Source: Saprospiraceae bacterium
GTDB taxonomy: Bacteria > Bacteroidota > Bacteroidia > Chitinophagales > Saprospiraceae
Assembly (NCBI GenBank): GCA_965223165.1
Contig: CBDCVQ010000009.1
Location: forward strand, 119,544-183,543
Direction of reading: 5' to 3'
Length of the DNA stretch: 64,000 nucleotides
Part shown: piece after piece, positions 1 to 9,720 of the stretch
Position numbering within the stretch: the stretch's first letter is position 1
Layout of the letters: each line of letters starts with the position of its first letter
The notes under the pieces: model-generated
The model's input: only the letters and a program-made list of their open reading frames with translations
Database searches by the model: none
Told to the model about the DNA's origin: nothing
Made by a program: the position numbers and the translations under genes

Positions 1-624
1 GGCCTCCTGTGGGTGGGCTGGTTTGGCTTCAACGCGGGAAGCTCCGTGGAAAGTGGACTGAGCACCGCCCAGGCTCTGACGGCCACCCAAGTGGCTGCGG
101 CCGCGGGAGCTATCACTTGGATCCTCGTGGAAGGCTGGCATCAAGGAAAGGCCACGGCCCTGGGTCTGGTCTCGGGCATCTTGGCCGGACTCGTCGCCGT
201 CACCCCGGCTGCAGGTGTCGTGCAGCCCCTAGGGGCACTCGTGCTTGGAGCTTTAGCCTCCCTACTGTGCTACGGCAGTCTGCTGATCAAGAACCAGATG
301 GGATATGACGACTCACTAGATGCCTTTGGCATCCACGGGGTCGGTGGCATCGTTGGTGCTATCTTTTTAGTCTTCTTCATTCGTCCAAGTTGGATGGAAG
401 AAGCGGCCGCGCTGGCCGGTGGTAGTTGGACCATTTGGCAGCAGCTTTCGGTACAATTGGCCGCTGTCGGCATCGCCATTGTGTATGCGGCTGCATGCAC
501 CTGGATATTGTTGATACTTGTAAACAAGCTGGTCAAGTTCAGGTCACCCGCGGAGGTCGAAATGCAGGGACTCGATGGGGCTTACCACGGAGAGCACGGC
601 TATGGAATGTTAAATCCCAACTAA
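1..624 (+). CDS. amt: Ammonium transporter (Amt family), C-terminal part; the 5' end lies outside the window
   Basis: Frame 1 is open from base 1. Translation starts GLLWVGWFGFNAGS (Amt signature) and continues with several hydrophobic helices to TAA 622-624. A P-II gene follows 9 nt later, the classic amt-glnK pairing. Confidence 0.9.
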   Translation, partial: GLLWVGWFGFNAGSSVESGLSTAQALTATQVAAAAGAITWILVEGWHQGKATALGLVSGILAGLVAVTPAAGVVQPLGALVLGALASLLCYGSLLIKNQMGYDDSLDAFGIHGVGGIVGAIFLVFFIRPSWMEEAAALAGGSWTIWQQLSVQLAAVGIAIVYAAACTWILLILVNKLVKFRSPAEVEMQGLDGAYHGEHGYGMLNPN

Positions 625-633
625 TTAAGCACA

Positions 634-996
634 ATGAAACTAATCACCGCCATAATAAGAGAATCACTCCTGGACCAAGTGCGAGAGGCACTGATCGAAG
701 CAGAGATTTCACGCATCACGGTCAGCCGTGTCTCCGGACACGGGCGACAAAAGTCGGAAGAAATCTACCGGGGGAAAAAGGTAGTACCCAATCTCATCCC
801 CAAGATCAAGCTGGAAATTGCGGTCAACGACCATTTTGTAGACATCACGGTGGACACGATTATAGCTGCCGCCAAGTCGTACAAGAACGGCGGCGAGGAG
901 ATCGTGGGATCCATAGGCGATGGCAAGATCTTTATCACCCCATTGGAGGAGTGCATCCGCATCCGGACCAACGAGCGGGGCTCAGATGCTATTTGA
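634..996 (+). CDS. glnK: Nitrogen regulatory protein P-II (GlnK type, Amt-linked)
   Basis: 120 aa beginning MKLITAIIR. It has a T-loop-like GHGRQKSEEIYRGKK and a C-terminal GDGKIFITPLEECIRIRTNERG, typical of P-II. It sits immediately downstream of amt. Confidence 0.9.
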   Translation: MKLITAIIRESLLDQVREALIEAEISRITVSRVSGHGRQKSEEIYRGKKVVPNLIPKIKLEIAVNDHFVDITVDTIIAAAKSYKNGGEEIVGSIGDGKIFITPLEECIRIRTNERGSDAI

Positions 997-1016
997 GTGA
1001 TCGCCACGGCAGCCGC

Positions 1017-1373
1017 ATGACCGAGTTTCAAATATTGCTTGCCATCTCCATCTATTTTGGCTTGCAGGGTCTTATGCATTTCATTTTTGGCAAAAAGATG
1101 GAGAAGTACGCGGTGGAAAATGATTTGCTCAACGCCGAGGTAGCCGTCCGCATGAGTGGCGCGTGGCTCATCGCCGGCAGCGTGCTGCTACATTTGCCGG
1201 AGTACCGAGACTATGGGTTTTACGCATTATGCCTTTTTCTGCTGCTGTCCGCCGTCATCCTGCACAAGTTCTGGTCCAAGCATACGCTACTGGACCAGAT
1301 CCTCGAACTCCTGCACTTCGGCAAAAACATCATGCTGTGCCTTTTGCTATGGTACCTGCATGGTAAGGTCTAA
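1017..1373 (+). CDS. Small integral membrane protein (about 4 predicted helices, possibly DoxX-like)
   Basis: An in-frame ATG at 1017 inside the long ORF 426..1373 gives 118 aa that are hydrophobic throughout (MTEFQILLAISIYFGLQGLMHFIF...). The part upstream of 1017 overlaps glnK in another frame and is not credible as coding. Confidence 0.5.
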   Translation: MTEFQILLAISIYFGLQGLMHFIFGKKMEKYAVENDLLNAEVAVRMSGAWLIAGSVLLHLPEYRDYGFYALCLFLLLSAVILHKFWSKHTLLDQILELLHFGKNIMLCLLLWYLHGKV

Positions 1374-1450
1374 ATTGAGTCGGTCAGATTTGACAGTGAC
1401 AGTGTAGTGTTCGGTAAGTACTCTGACCTGGCCGATGACGAGTGCAGTGG

Positions 1451-2890
1451 TTACAATGGCTTAAAGATAGTTTCGGGATTCTCGGATGTGAGGCGACCGT
1501 AGAACTTGATGGCATACTTGTTTGTCATTCCTGCAATGAAATCGCAGATGATTCTCTTTTTACCCGATTTCTCCATTCGACTATATAGTTCTTGGTAATC
1601 CTGAGGCAACAGTTGATAATTATCATCGGTTGTGAGGGTATCGAACAATCTCTTAATGATCTCCTTCCCCCTAATTTCTGCTACCTTAAGTTTTGGGGAA
1701 AGTATCTGTGACTCGTAGGTAAATGTCTTCAGAACTTCCACCTCAGCGAGAATCTCCTCCTTCAAAAATGCCACGGACAGAGTTGGGTTTTCCTCATCTA
1801 ACCGAAGAGCCACGCCTCTAATGAACTTGCCAACCAATCTGGATGTCAGCTGTGTCCTCAAGGCGCCATTTGATGCAATATTCTTGGAATTCTGATACGC
1901 ATTGCCGGTGTAGAAATAAATTAGCGATTCTCTGTTCTCGCTGCTAAAGGGAATCTTTTCGATTTCCTCTGTTGATCTCAAGATGTCCCCGTAGATCGAA
2001 ATTAGAATCTCTGACACTTGGTCAGCATCGACGCTACACTGCCCTCTGTTGTTCACTGATGTAACCACTCTTTCCAGGAGACTTGAATCAGGGTAGAGCA
2101 TATCAATCGGTGAAAGAAATCCGGCCTTGAAGGAGTCCTCTAAATCATAATTTGAATAAGCGATATCGTCGGCAATGTCCATTATGTAGCACTCGATCGT
2201 CTTAAATGTGCTGAAACTGCTTTGATTGGGTGCTAGTGCTGCTTTGATGCTTCTGACTAGGTTTGCCTCTGACTCATAGTACCCTTTGACCGGCCTGAAA
2301 TCTTCGGATTTGGCTTTGTGATATGCTTCTCTTTCCTTCTTCGAAGGCGGAATTATATTGTCATACTTCAAAATCGATGCAATCGATCTGTAGGTCAGGT
2401 TGAGGCCAACGCGTTGGTCTAGCCCATTCGGTGCAATTCCGGATGGACATTCCGGGTCATATAATTTCTTCTCGATCTTTGTGAGTATCCTCAAGGTCTG
2501 TGCATTGCCTTCGAAGCCCCCGGAATTCCTCATACAATCATCCAAGGCTTCCTCTCCCTGATGTCCAAAAGGTGGATGACCTATGTCATGCGATATCGCA
2601 GCAAATGAGACCAAGTCTAGGTCAATATTGATGTCATATAGATGATTTAGGCGATTGGCTATCGATCTCGCAATCTGTGCTACTTCGAGTGAGTGGGTTA
2701 GGCGATTTCGAAAGAAGTCCGTCTCATTATTTGGAAAAAGTTGGGTCTTGCCGGTCAGTCTTCTAAAACTGGGAGAGTGCAATACCCTGGCGAAGTCTCT
2801 GGAAAAATCAGATCTGTATTCTTCATCTGGAAGATCTGAGGCAGCCTCGCTAGCTACTCTAGACAGGTCCTTATCATTGTAGATGGTCAA
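1451..2890 (-). CDS. dgt: dGTP triphosphohydrolase-like HD-domain protein (dGTPase family)
   Basis: 479 aa with N-terminal FSRDFARVLHSPSFRRLTGKTQ, HD-domain motifs RLTHSLEVAQIAR and ISHDIGHPPFGHQGE, and a C-terminal DFIAGMTNKYA. All are characteristic of Dgt-family dNTPases. Confidence 0.85.
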   Translation of the reverse strand: MTIYNDKDLSRVASEAASDLPDEEYRSDFSRDFARVLHSPSFRRLTGKTQLFPNNETDFFRNRLTHSLEVAQIARSIANRLNHLYDINIDLDLVSFAAISHDIGHPPFGHQGEEALDDCMRNSGGFEGNAQTLRILTKIEKKLYDPECPSGIAPNGLDQRVGLNLTYRSIASILKYDNIIPPSKKEREAYHKAKSEDFRPVKGYYESEANLVRSIKAALAPNQSSFSTFKTIECYIMDIADDIAYSNYDLEDSFKAGFLSPIDMLYPDSSLLERVVTSVNNRGQCSVDADQVSEILISIYGDILRSTEEIEKIPFSSENRESLIYFYTGNAYQNSKNIASNGALRTQLTSRLVGKFIRGVALRLDEENPTLSVAFLKEEILAEVEVLKTFTYESQILSPKLKVAEIRGKEIIKRLFDTLTTDDNYQLLPQDYQELYSRMEKSGKKRIICDFIAGMTNKYAIKFYGRLTSENPETIFKPL

Positions 2891-2907
2891 GTGGAAAACT
2901 TCTACCT

Positions 2908-3060
2908 CTAGGGCTGCGGCGCCAGGCGAGTGCCAGCTGAGGTCTTGATGGTCTTTACGTGAGACCTCAACTTAGGAGGAACATACACCATCTTTGCCGA
3001 GGCCTTTGTAGAGCGAGCTATAACTTTAGATGCAGCCGATTCAACTGATTTCTTTTCCAT
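2908..3060 (-). CDS. Hypothetical small basic protein (50 aa), below the ORF-track cutoff
   Basis: Hand translation of the minus strand from ATG at 3060 gives MEKKSVESAASKVIARSTKASAKMVYVPPKLRSHVKTIKTSAGTRLAPQP, ending at TAG (2910-2908). It ends 17 nt upstream of the dGTPase start on the same strand. No homology was recognised. Confidence 0.25.
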   Translation of the reverse strand: MEKKSVESAASKVIARSTKASAKMVYVPPKLRSHVKTIKTSAGTRLAPQP

Positions 3061-3194
3061 GACATGAAGATAACGAAATTAGAACATGCAAAGTTGCACT
3101 ATCCTCTGTTACAGATATATTAATTACGCGCATTATCCAGCGCTGCTAGGTACGTTGCCAGTAAGACATACATTCGGCAGTGAGGTGAAGTAAC

Positions 3195-4601
3195 CTAACT
3201 CCACAGTCGGTCCCAAGCCCGAATCTTGTTCCACTCCGGTGTAGGGGCAAAGAGCTTTTCGCCATCAATGAGATATTTTTCAACCACCTCTTCGTTGAGT
3301 TCTACTCCGAGTCCAGGTGTCTCTGGCACCGTGACGTAGCCATCTTCGACGATGGGCTTGTCAATGCCCGTGACCAGGTTCTCCCAATCGGGTTTGTCGA
3401 CCGCGTGATGCTCCAGCCACATGAAGTTTTCGGTAGCGGCAGCACTATGCACACATCCCAGGAAGGAGACGGGGCCCGCCGCGTGGTGATGCATAAAGCC
3501 AATGCCGTGCTTGGTGGCAAAGTCTCCGATACGCTTGGTCTCCAGGATGCCCCCCGCCGTATTTGGATCGGGATGCACGATATCGACCGCTCGCTTGGTA
3601 ATCAGCTCCTCAAATCCACCTTCTAAGCGATAGATATCCTCGCCGGTTTGGGTCGGAGTGGTACTCGACTGGGTGATCTCGCGCCACTGATCGGTGTACT
3701 GCCAAGGTATGATGTCCTCGATATAGGCCAGATTGTACTTCTCTGTTGCCCGGGCGATCTTTATTGCTTCATTGACGCCAAAGTGGCCCCAGTGATCCGT
3801 ACCCATGGGGATCTCATACCCAATCTTGGATCGCATGACATCCAGAAATTCCATGAGCCGATCCAGCCCTTTCTCGGTGATTTGAACGCGCGTAAATGGA
3901 TGCTTTGTCAACCGGTAATCCCGGTACTCGTTTTTCCACGGGGCAAGATCACCACGCGGATCGTTGACGACAGCACCCTCCATACCCTCGAGGAGACCGA
4001 TGCCGATATCCATTTTGAGTGCGGTGTACCCCATGTCGATCCGTGCCTGCATGCGCTCGGCATATTCATGCGGATCTTTCGACACCGTCGTGTCACAGTA
4101 GACACGCACCTTGTCGCGATACTTGCCGCCCAGCAGTTGGTAGACGGGTACATTGTAGGCTTTGCCGGCTAGATCCCAGAGCGCCATCTCAACGCCGGAT
4201 ACCCCACCCCCTTGTCTGCCATGATGTCCAAACTGGCTGATGCGCTTAAATAGACGCTCTACATTGCAGGGATTTTCGCCCAAAATGCGGCTCTTCAGAA
4301 ACAGCGCGTATTCTTTGGCAGCACCATCGCGCACATCGCCATGCCCGACGATACCTTGGTTGGTGTAAATCCGGACAATAGGTGTGCGAAAGACCACCCC
4401 CTTGCCAATCTCGGCAATCCGCATATCAGTAATCTTCAGATCGGTCGGACTGGAATTTCTATTTACTTTCTGGGTGACGTATTCGAGCCGCTCCTCGACC
4501 GACACAAACGGAAGCGCGGCCAGGCTCAGACCTCCCAGTCCCGACTTTTGCAGAAAGGATCTACGATCGGAATTCTTGGCTTGAAGTTTCTTGTTTTCCA
4601 T
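3195..4601 (-). CDS. Enolase-superfamily enzyme (mandelate racemase / sugar-acid dehydratase subgroup) with a twin-arginine signal peptide
   Basis: 468 aa. The N-terminus SDRRSFLQKSGLGGLSLAAL is a Tat motif. The body carries MR/MLE-like segments (VSGVEMALWDLAGKAYNVPVYQLLGG, KMDIGIG, YIEDIIP, DIVHPD). Confidence 0.8.
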   Translation of the reverse strand: MENKKLQAKNSDRRSFLQKSGLGGLSLAALPFVSVEERLEYVTQKVNRNSSPTDLKITDMRIAEIGKGVVFRTPIVRIYTNQGIVGHGDVRDGAAKEYALFLKSRILGENPCNVERLFKRISQFGHHGRQGGGVSGVEMALWDLAGKAYNVPVYQLLGGKYRDKVRVYCDTTVSKDPHEYAERMQARIDMGYTALKMDIGIGLLEGMEGAVVNDPRGDLAPWKNEYRDYRLTKHPFTRVQITEKGLDRLMEFLDVMRSKIGYEIPMGTDHWGHFGVNEAIKIARATEKYNLAYIEDIIPWQYTDQWREITQSSTTPTQTGEDIYRLEGGFEELITKRAVDIVHPDPNTAGGILETKRIGDFATKHGIGFMHHHAAGPVSFLGCVHSAAATENFMWLEHHAVDKPDWENLVTGIDKPIVEDGYVTVPETPGLGVELNEEVVEKYLIDGEKLFAPTPEWNKIRAWDRLWS

Positions 4602-4803
4602 GATTTTTGACTATTGCAGCATTATGATTTTGGCAAGACGCCGGATGAAGGCCCTTAAAATAAGCAAGAGCCTACAGACTTCCAGATCGCCATCGGATTA
4701 AACTTCGCTCATGACCGGAGGCCGTACCACAATAGGGCTGATCTACGTACCTTAGGAAGTGCAACCGTCGCAAGGACGGTGCCTTTCACATCTAATACGT
4801 AGC

Positions 4804-6267
4804 ATGCAAGCACACAACCTAATTATGACTCCGAGCCATTGTTGGCTCTTTTTCATCGCCGTCCTGGCCCTGGCATGTGGCAGCCCTCCTTCATCCAGTT
4901 CGGATCAACATGAAGGGCCGCCAAACATCATTTACATCATTGCGGACGACCTTGGCTATGGCGATCTCAGCAGCTATGGACAAACCAAGTTTGCCACACC
5001 CAATATCGATCGACTAGCTAGGCAGGGGATGAAGTTTACCAGACATTATTCTGGCAGCACGGTTTGTGCCCCTTCCCGGAGTTGTCTGATGACGGGCCTT
5101 CATACGGGCCACACCCAGGTTCGGGGCAACAAGGAGGTCCGACCAGAGGGGCAGGAACCCCTCCTCGACGAGGTGGTCACTGTTGCAGAACTGCTACAGG
5201 CCGCAGGGTATGCGACGGGGGCCTTTGGCAAATGGGGACTGGGCGCACCCGGCTCAGAGGGAGATCCGGTCAATCAGGGCTTTGATCGATTCTACGGATA
5301 CAACTGCCAGAGGCTGGCACACAACTACTACCCCCTGCATCTCTGGGACAATGATCGCAAAGTGGAGTTGCCCGAAAATGCCGGAGCATCGGAAGGCCTT
5401 TACGCGCCCGATCTGATCCAGGAGCAGGCGCTGGACTTCATCGACGAGAACAAGGATGGCCCTTTCTTTATGTTTGTCCCAAACGTCATCCCACACGCCG
5501 AGCTGAAGGTCCCGGAGAAATATATGGCCATGTACCGGGATAAGTTTTTGCCCGAAAAGGTCTACGAAGGTTGTGATCCAGGCTGTGCACGGTACAAAGA
5601 CGGGGGTTATGGCTCTCAGACGGAGTCGCATGCGGCTTTTGCCGGCATGATTCATTTGCTTGATGAGCAGGTGGGACAAATTCTGGACCGGCTCGAGCAG
5701 CTGAATATCGATGATCGGACCATCGTTTTTTTCACCTCCGACAATGGTCCTCACCTGGAGGGAGGGGCAGACCCGGATTACTTTGACAGCAATGGCCCAT
5801 TGCGGGGCTACAAACGCGATCTCTATGAAGGGGGCATCAGGGTTCCATTGCTAGCCCGCTGGCCGGGCAGAGTGCCCGCCGGAGCGGAAGCCAATCACAT
5901 CTCCGCCTTTTGGGACATGCTTCCCACGTTTCTTGAGATTGCAGAACAACCATCGCCGGGTACCGAGCTGGATGGCATCTCTTTCCTCCCTACTTTGACG
6001 CAGCATCGTACCCAAGACAAGCACGACTACCTCTATTGGGAGTTTCATGAGCGAGGGCATAAGCAAGCCGTGGTGATGGAGCAGTGGAAAGGGATTCGAC
6101 TCATTGACCGCGAGGGAGTGGTGGCCCCTACCCTGCTCTATGACCTTTCGCAGGACGTGGGTGAGGAAAAAAACATCGCAGACGAGCATCCGAACATCGT
6201 TCAGCAGATGGAGCAAATCATGGCCGAGGCACGGACTCCGTCGAGCGTCGAAAACTGGAATTTCTAG
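4804..6267 (+). CDS. Arylsulfatase (formylglycine-dependent sulfatase family), lipoprotein-type signal
   Basis: Sulfatase signature SGSTVCAPSRSCLMTGLHTGH (C-x-P-x-R) follows NIIYIIADDLGYGDL. The N-terminal LALACGSPP resembles a lipobox. The ATG at 4804 was chosen over the GTG ORF start at 4759; the start is uncertain. Confidence 0.85.
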   Translation: MQAHNLIMTPSHCWLFFIAVLALACGSPPSSSSDQHEGPPNIIYIIADDLGYGDLSSYGQTKFATPNIDRLARQGMKFTRHYSGSTVCAPSRSCLMTGLHTGHTQVRGNKEVRPEGQEPLLDEVVTVAELLQAAGYATGAFGKWGLGAPGSEGDPVNQGFDRFYGYNCQRLAHNYYPLHLWDNDRKVELPENAGASEGLYAPDLIQEQALDFIDENKDGPFFMFVPNVIPHAELKVPEKYMAMYRDKFLPEKVYEGCDPGCARYKDGGYGSQTESHAAFAGMIHLLDEQVGQILDRLEQLNIDDRTIVFFTSDNGPHLEGGADPDYFDSNGPLRGYKRDLYEGGIRVPLLARWPGRVPAGAEANHISAFWDMLPTFLEIAEQPSPGTELDGISFLPTLTQHRTQDKHDYLYWEFHERGHKQAVVMEQWKGIRLIDREGVVAPTLLYDLSQDVGEEKNIADEHPNIVQQMEQIMAEARTPSSVENWNF

Positions 6268-6397
6268 GTCGAAAGTGCGTCCATCTACGCTTGGCTGCCT
6301 AAAATATGGGTTACCCCAAACGTGTTATTTACGAGAGGCATTGTTCACAGCCCTGCCCCAATTTTGTTAGTTTCAGGCCCACAAATTCCATCTACAG

Positions 6398-9300
6398 ATG
6401 AAGAAGCTCGTTGTCGCTGTCGTCCTGCTCGTACTTGCGGGAGCGACCTCCCTGGTGGCCCAGGAAATTAACTTCGAAGATTTCAAACAAATCAAACCCC
6501 GCAATATCGGACCTGCGGGGATGAGCGGGAGGGTGACTGCCATTGATGTCGACCTCAGCAATAAGGACCGCATTTACATCGGTACAGCATCTGGCGGTGT
6601 GTGGTTGTCCGAGAATGGGGGCATTTCTTGGAAGCCCATCTTTGATAAAATGCCGACGCAAAGCATCGGAGCCCTGAAGATCAATCAAAATAATCCAAGC
6701 GAGATCTGGGTCGGCACGGGAGAAGGCAATCCCCGTAATTCGCAGAATAGTGGTGCCGGCGTCTACAAGTCCATCGATGGAGGCAAAACTTGGATATGCA
6801 TGGGACTTGAGGCCACCAAAGTCATCCACCGGATACTGATCGACCCCTCCCGCCACGATGTGGTCTATGTCGGTGCCCAGGGATCGGCCTGGGGCCCAGG
6901 CGAAGCACGCGGCGTCTACAAAACTATGGACGGTGGGGCCACATGGGAAAAGATCCTCTACGTCGACGCAAACACAGGAGTGGCTGAGATGGTCATGGAC
7001 CCCAGTAATCCCAGCAAGCTCATCGTGGCCATGTGGGAGTTTGGCCGCAAACCATGGACCTTCAACAGCGGCGGGCCCGGTTCGGGCTTGCATATCACCC
7101 ACGATGGTGGTAAGAGCTGGAAAAAAGTCACCGACAAGGAAGGCCTTCCCAAAGGTGATCTGGGTCGTATCGGCCTGGCCATCGCTCCTTCCAAGCCTTC
7201 CATCGTCTATGCACTGATCGAGGCCAAGGAAAATGCCTTTTACAAATCGACAGACGGAGGAGAAAACTGGAAGAAGGTCGGGGCCCATAGCAACATGGGC
7301 AATCGGCCCTTCTACTACTCGGAGATCTACGTCGACCCTCAGAACGAAAACCGGGTGTACTCGCTCTGGTCATACGTGTCCAAAAGCGAGGACGGTGGTC
7401 GCACCTTTGACGTCATCGCCGACTATGGCAACGACGTCCATCCGGATCATCACGCCTTCTGGATCAATCCGGACGATCCGGCTCACTTGATCGACGGCAA
7501 CGATGGCGGGCTGAACATTTCTTACGATATGGGTGGCAACTGGCGATTTATCAATAACCTGCCGGTGGGACAGTTTTATCACGTCAATTTAGATCGCGAG
7601 TTCCCCTACAATGTCTATGGAGGCATGCAGGACAATGGATCCTGGGTAGGGCCAAGTTTTGTCCTGCGTAGCGGCGGCATAACCAATCACGATTGGCAGG
7701 AAGTGTACTTTGGGGATGGCTTTGACGTCGCCCCCAAGCGGGATGATTCTAAGATGGTGTACGCCATGTCGCAAGGCGGCAATTTGGGCTTGGTGGATCG
7801 TATCACGGGAGAGTCGCGATTTATCCGGCCCAACCACCCCGACAGCACCCGCCTCCGCTACAATTGGAACGCTGCATTCGCCCTGGACCCTTTTGCCGAT
7901 TGCGGCGTCTACTATGGCAGTCAGTTCGTTCACCACACCAACGATTGCGGCCAGTCCTGGACCATACTATCCCCTGATCTGACGACCAATGATACCAGCA
8001 AGCAGCACCAGGACAAAAGCGGGGGTCTGACGATTGACGCCACCAACGCCGAAAACAACACGACGATCACGGCTATTGCCCCCAGCCCGGTAGCACAAAA
8101 CGTACTGTGGGTGGGCACCGACGATGGCCGCCTGCACGTCTCAGACGACGGAGGGTCCCAATGGCAGGACATCTACGACCGACTGCCCGGCGCACCTGCA
8201 GGGGGCTGGATCCCGCAAATCGAGGTATCAACTACCGATGCCAATGCGGCCTTTGTGGTGATCAACAACTATCGCCAGGATGACTGGTCAGCCTACTTGT
8301 ATCACACCTCCGACCTGGGCCAAACCTGGCAGCGGCTGGTCACCGACGACAAGGTGGATGCCTTTGTCACTTCTATTTGTCAGGACAGAGAAGAGCCCAA
8401 TCTACTCTTCCTTGGCACCGACGCTGGCCTGTACATGTCCTTCGACTATGGAGGCAGCTGGCACCAATGGGATCAGGGCTTCCCCGCGGTGCAGATCAGA
8501 GACCTGAAAATCCAGCCCGATTTTGGTGACCTGGTCATAGGGACCTTCGGGCGGGCATTTTGGGTGATCGATGACATCGGGCCGTTTCGCGCCCTGTGCA
8601 ACAACAGCTATGCAGAAAGCCACTTTGAGCTGGTCAGCATCTCTCCTGCTTACTTAAGTCAAAACCGATCCTATCAGGGTATTCGGTTTAGGGGACAGGC
8701 AGAGTTTGAAGGCGATAATAAGAGCACAGATGCCGTGATCTCTCTTTGGATAGCACCACAGGACGAGGAAGATGCAGATTCAGGCCAAGATGACGATGGG
8801 GACGAAAAGAGCGACAAGAAGTCCAAGAAGAAGCAAATCAAATTTGTTGTCACCAATCTCGAAGGAGATACCGTGCGAAACTTTAGCCGAGATGTCAAGG
8901 AGGAGGGGTTGCAGCGCGTGCGATGGAGTTTGGATGAGAATGGCCCGCGCCGACTACGCAGATCAGAACCCAAAGCCGAGGATGATCCACCCTCGATTGC
9001 CCGCGTATTGCCTGGTACCTACCGGGTGATTGCCACCTACCAAGAGGAGGTGGATTCTATGGAAGTCGATGTAAGAATGGATCCGCGTATGGATGTTTCC
9101 GAAAGCGACTTGGCTGCCGTCCGGGCAAATCGGAATGCCATCAAGGAGGTCATGGAATCCGCTGCCGACAGCTATGATCGCATTCGACAAGCTCGCAAGA
9201 GTCTGGCCATCGTCGAGAAACTTACCGAAACGGTGAAGGACGACTCACTGAAAAAGGAGCTCACAAAACTAAATAAGGAGCAAAAGAAAAAGCTGACCGA

Positions 9301-9559
9301 GTTGGATGAGCTGTTTTTCAATAAAGAGGGACAAAAGGGCATCCAAAGAAACCCCGAAGTACTGACCGCCTATCTGGGTGCCGCAAGAATATACCTGCGT
9401 GGTATGACCGTGGCCGGTCCCAATGCAAATCTCGCGTTGGGAAGAGCGCAAGACAAGACCAACGCTGTGCTAGAGCAGGTAGAGCAGTACTTCTCCGGCG
9501 ACTGGCAGTCCTATCGTGCCCGCATCGACGCGATCGACTTCACCATCTTTCAAGAGTAG
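6398..9559 (+). CDS. Secreted BNR/Asp-box repeat protein (sortilin/VPS10-like beta-propeller glycosidase-like)
   Basis: 1053 aa with a signal peptide (MKKLVVAVVLLVLAGATSLVAQ). About ten S-x-D-G-G-x-T/S-W Asp-box motifs are present (SENGGISW, SIDGGKTW, TMDGGATW, THDGGKSW, STDGGENW, SDDGGSQW, and others). Confidence 0.8.
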   Translation: MKKLVVAVVLLVLAGATSLVAQEINFEDFKQIKPRNIGPAGMSGRVTAIDVDLSNKDRIYIGTASGGVWLSENGGISWKPIFDKMPTQSIGALKINQNNPSEIWVGTGEGNPRNSQNSGAGVYKSIDGGKTWICMGLEATKVIHRILIDPSRHDVVYVGAQGSAWGPGEARGVYKTMDGGATWEKILYVDANTGVAEMVMDPSNPSKLIVAMWEFGRKPWTFNSGGPGSGLHITHDGGKSWKKVTDKEGLPKGDLGRIGLAIAPSKPSIVYALIEAKENAFYKSTDGGENWKKVGAHSNMGNRPFYYSEIYVDPQNENRVYSLWSYVSKSEDGGRTFDVIADYGNDVHPDHHAFWINPDDPAHLIDGNDGGLNISYDMGGNWRFINNLPVGQFYHVNLDREFPYNVYGGMQDNGSWVGPSFVLRSGGITNHDWQEVYFGDGFDVAPKRDDSKMVYAMSQGGNLGLVDRITGESRFIRPNHPDSTRLRYNWNAAFALDPFADCGVYYGSQFVHHTNDCGQSWTILSPDLTTNDTSKQHQDKSGGLTIDATNAENNTTITAIAPSPVAQNVLWVGTDDGRLHVSDDGGSQWQDIYDRLPGAPAGGWIPQIEVSTTDANAAFVVINNYRQDDWSAYLYHTSDLGQTWQRLVTDDKVDAFVTSICQDREEPNLLFLGTDAGLYMSFDYGGSWHQWDQGFPAVQIRDLKIQPDFGDLVIGTFGRAFWVIDDIGPFRALCNNSYAESHFELVSISPAYLSQNRSYQGIRFRGQAEFEGDNKSTDAVISLWIAPQDEEDADSGQDDDGDEKSDKKSKKKQIKFVVTNLEGDTVRNFSRDVKEEGLQRVRWSLDENGPRRLRRSEPKAEDDPPSIARVLPGTYRVIATYQEEVDSMEVDVRMDPRMDVSESDLAAVRANRNAIKEVMESAADSYDRIRQARKSLAIVEKLTETVKDDSLKKELTKLNKEQKKKLTELDELFFNKEGQKGIQRNPEVLTAYLGAARIYLRGMTVAGPNANLALGRAQDKTNAVLEQVEQYFSGDWQSYRARIDAIDFTIFQE

Positions 9560-9720
9560 GGACGTCTTCTATGCCAAGTCAGGCTTCGGTCGCTCAAGGC
9601 CGACGCCAGGCCACCCGGATGCTGGGACAGAAGGGGCTAGCTACCACCGGAGTCCGGTTAGCACTGCGCTCTCGTCGGGAGCAATAATCCCGGTGAATCT
9701 CTCAAGGATTCATAGCCAGA

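Noticed and set aside
6392-7288. Long antisense or overlapping ORFs inside confirmed genes (for example 6392..7288(-), 18461..19003(-), 33976..34632(-), 39890..40618(-), 41220..41873(+), 426..1016(+))
   Set aside because: They lie opposite or out of frame to ORFs with clear family motifs. Their products are low-complexity and Arg/Pro/Gly-rich, typical of shadow ORFs in GC-rich coding DNA.
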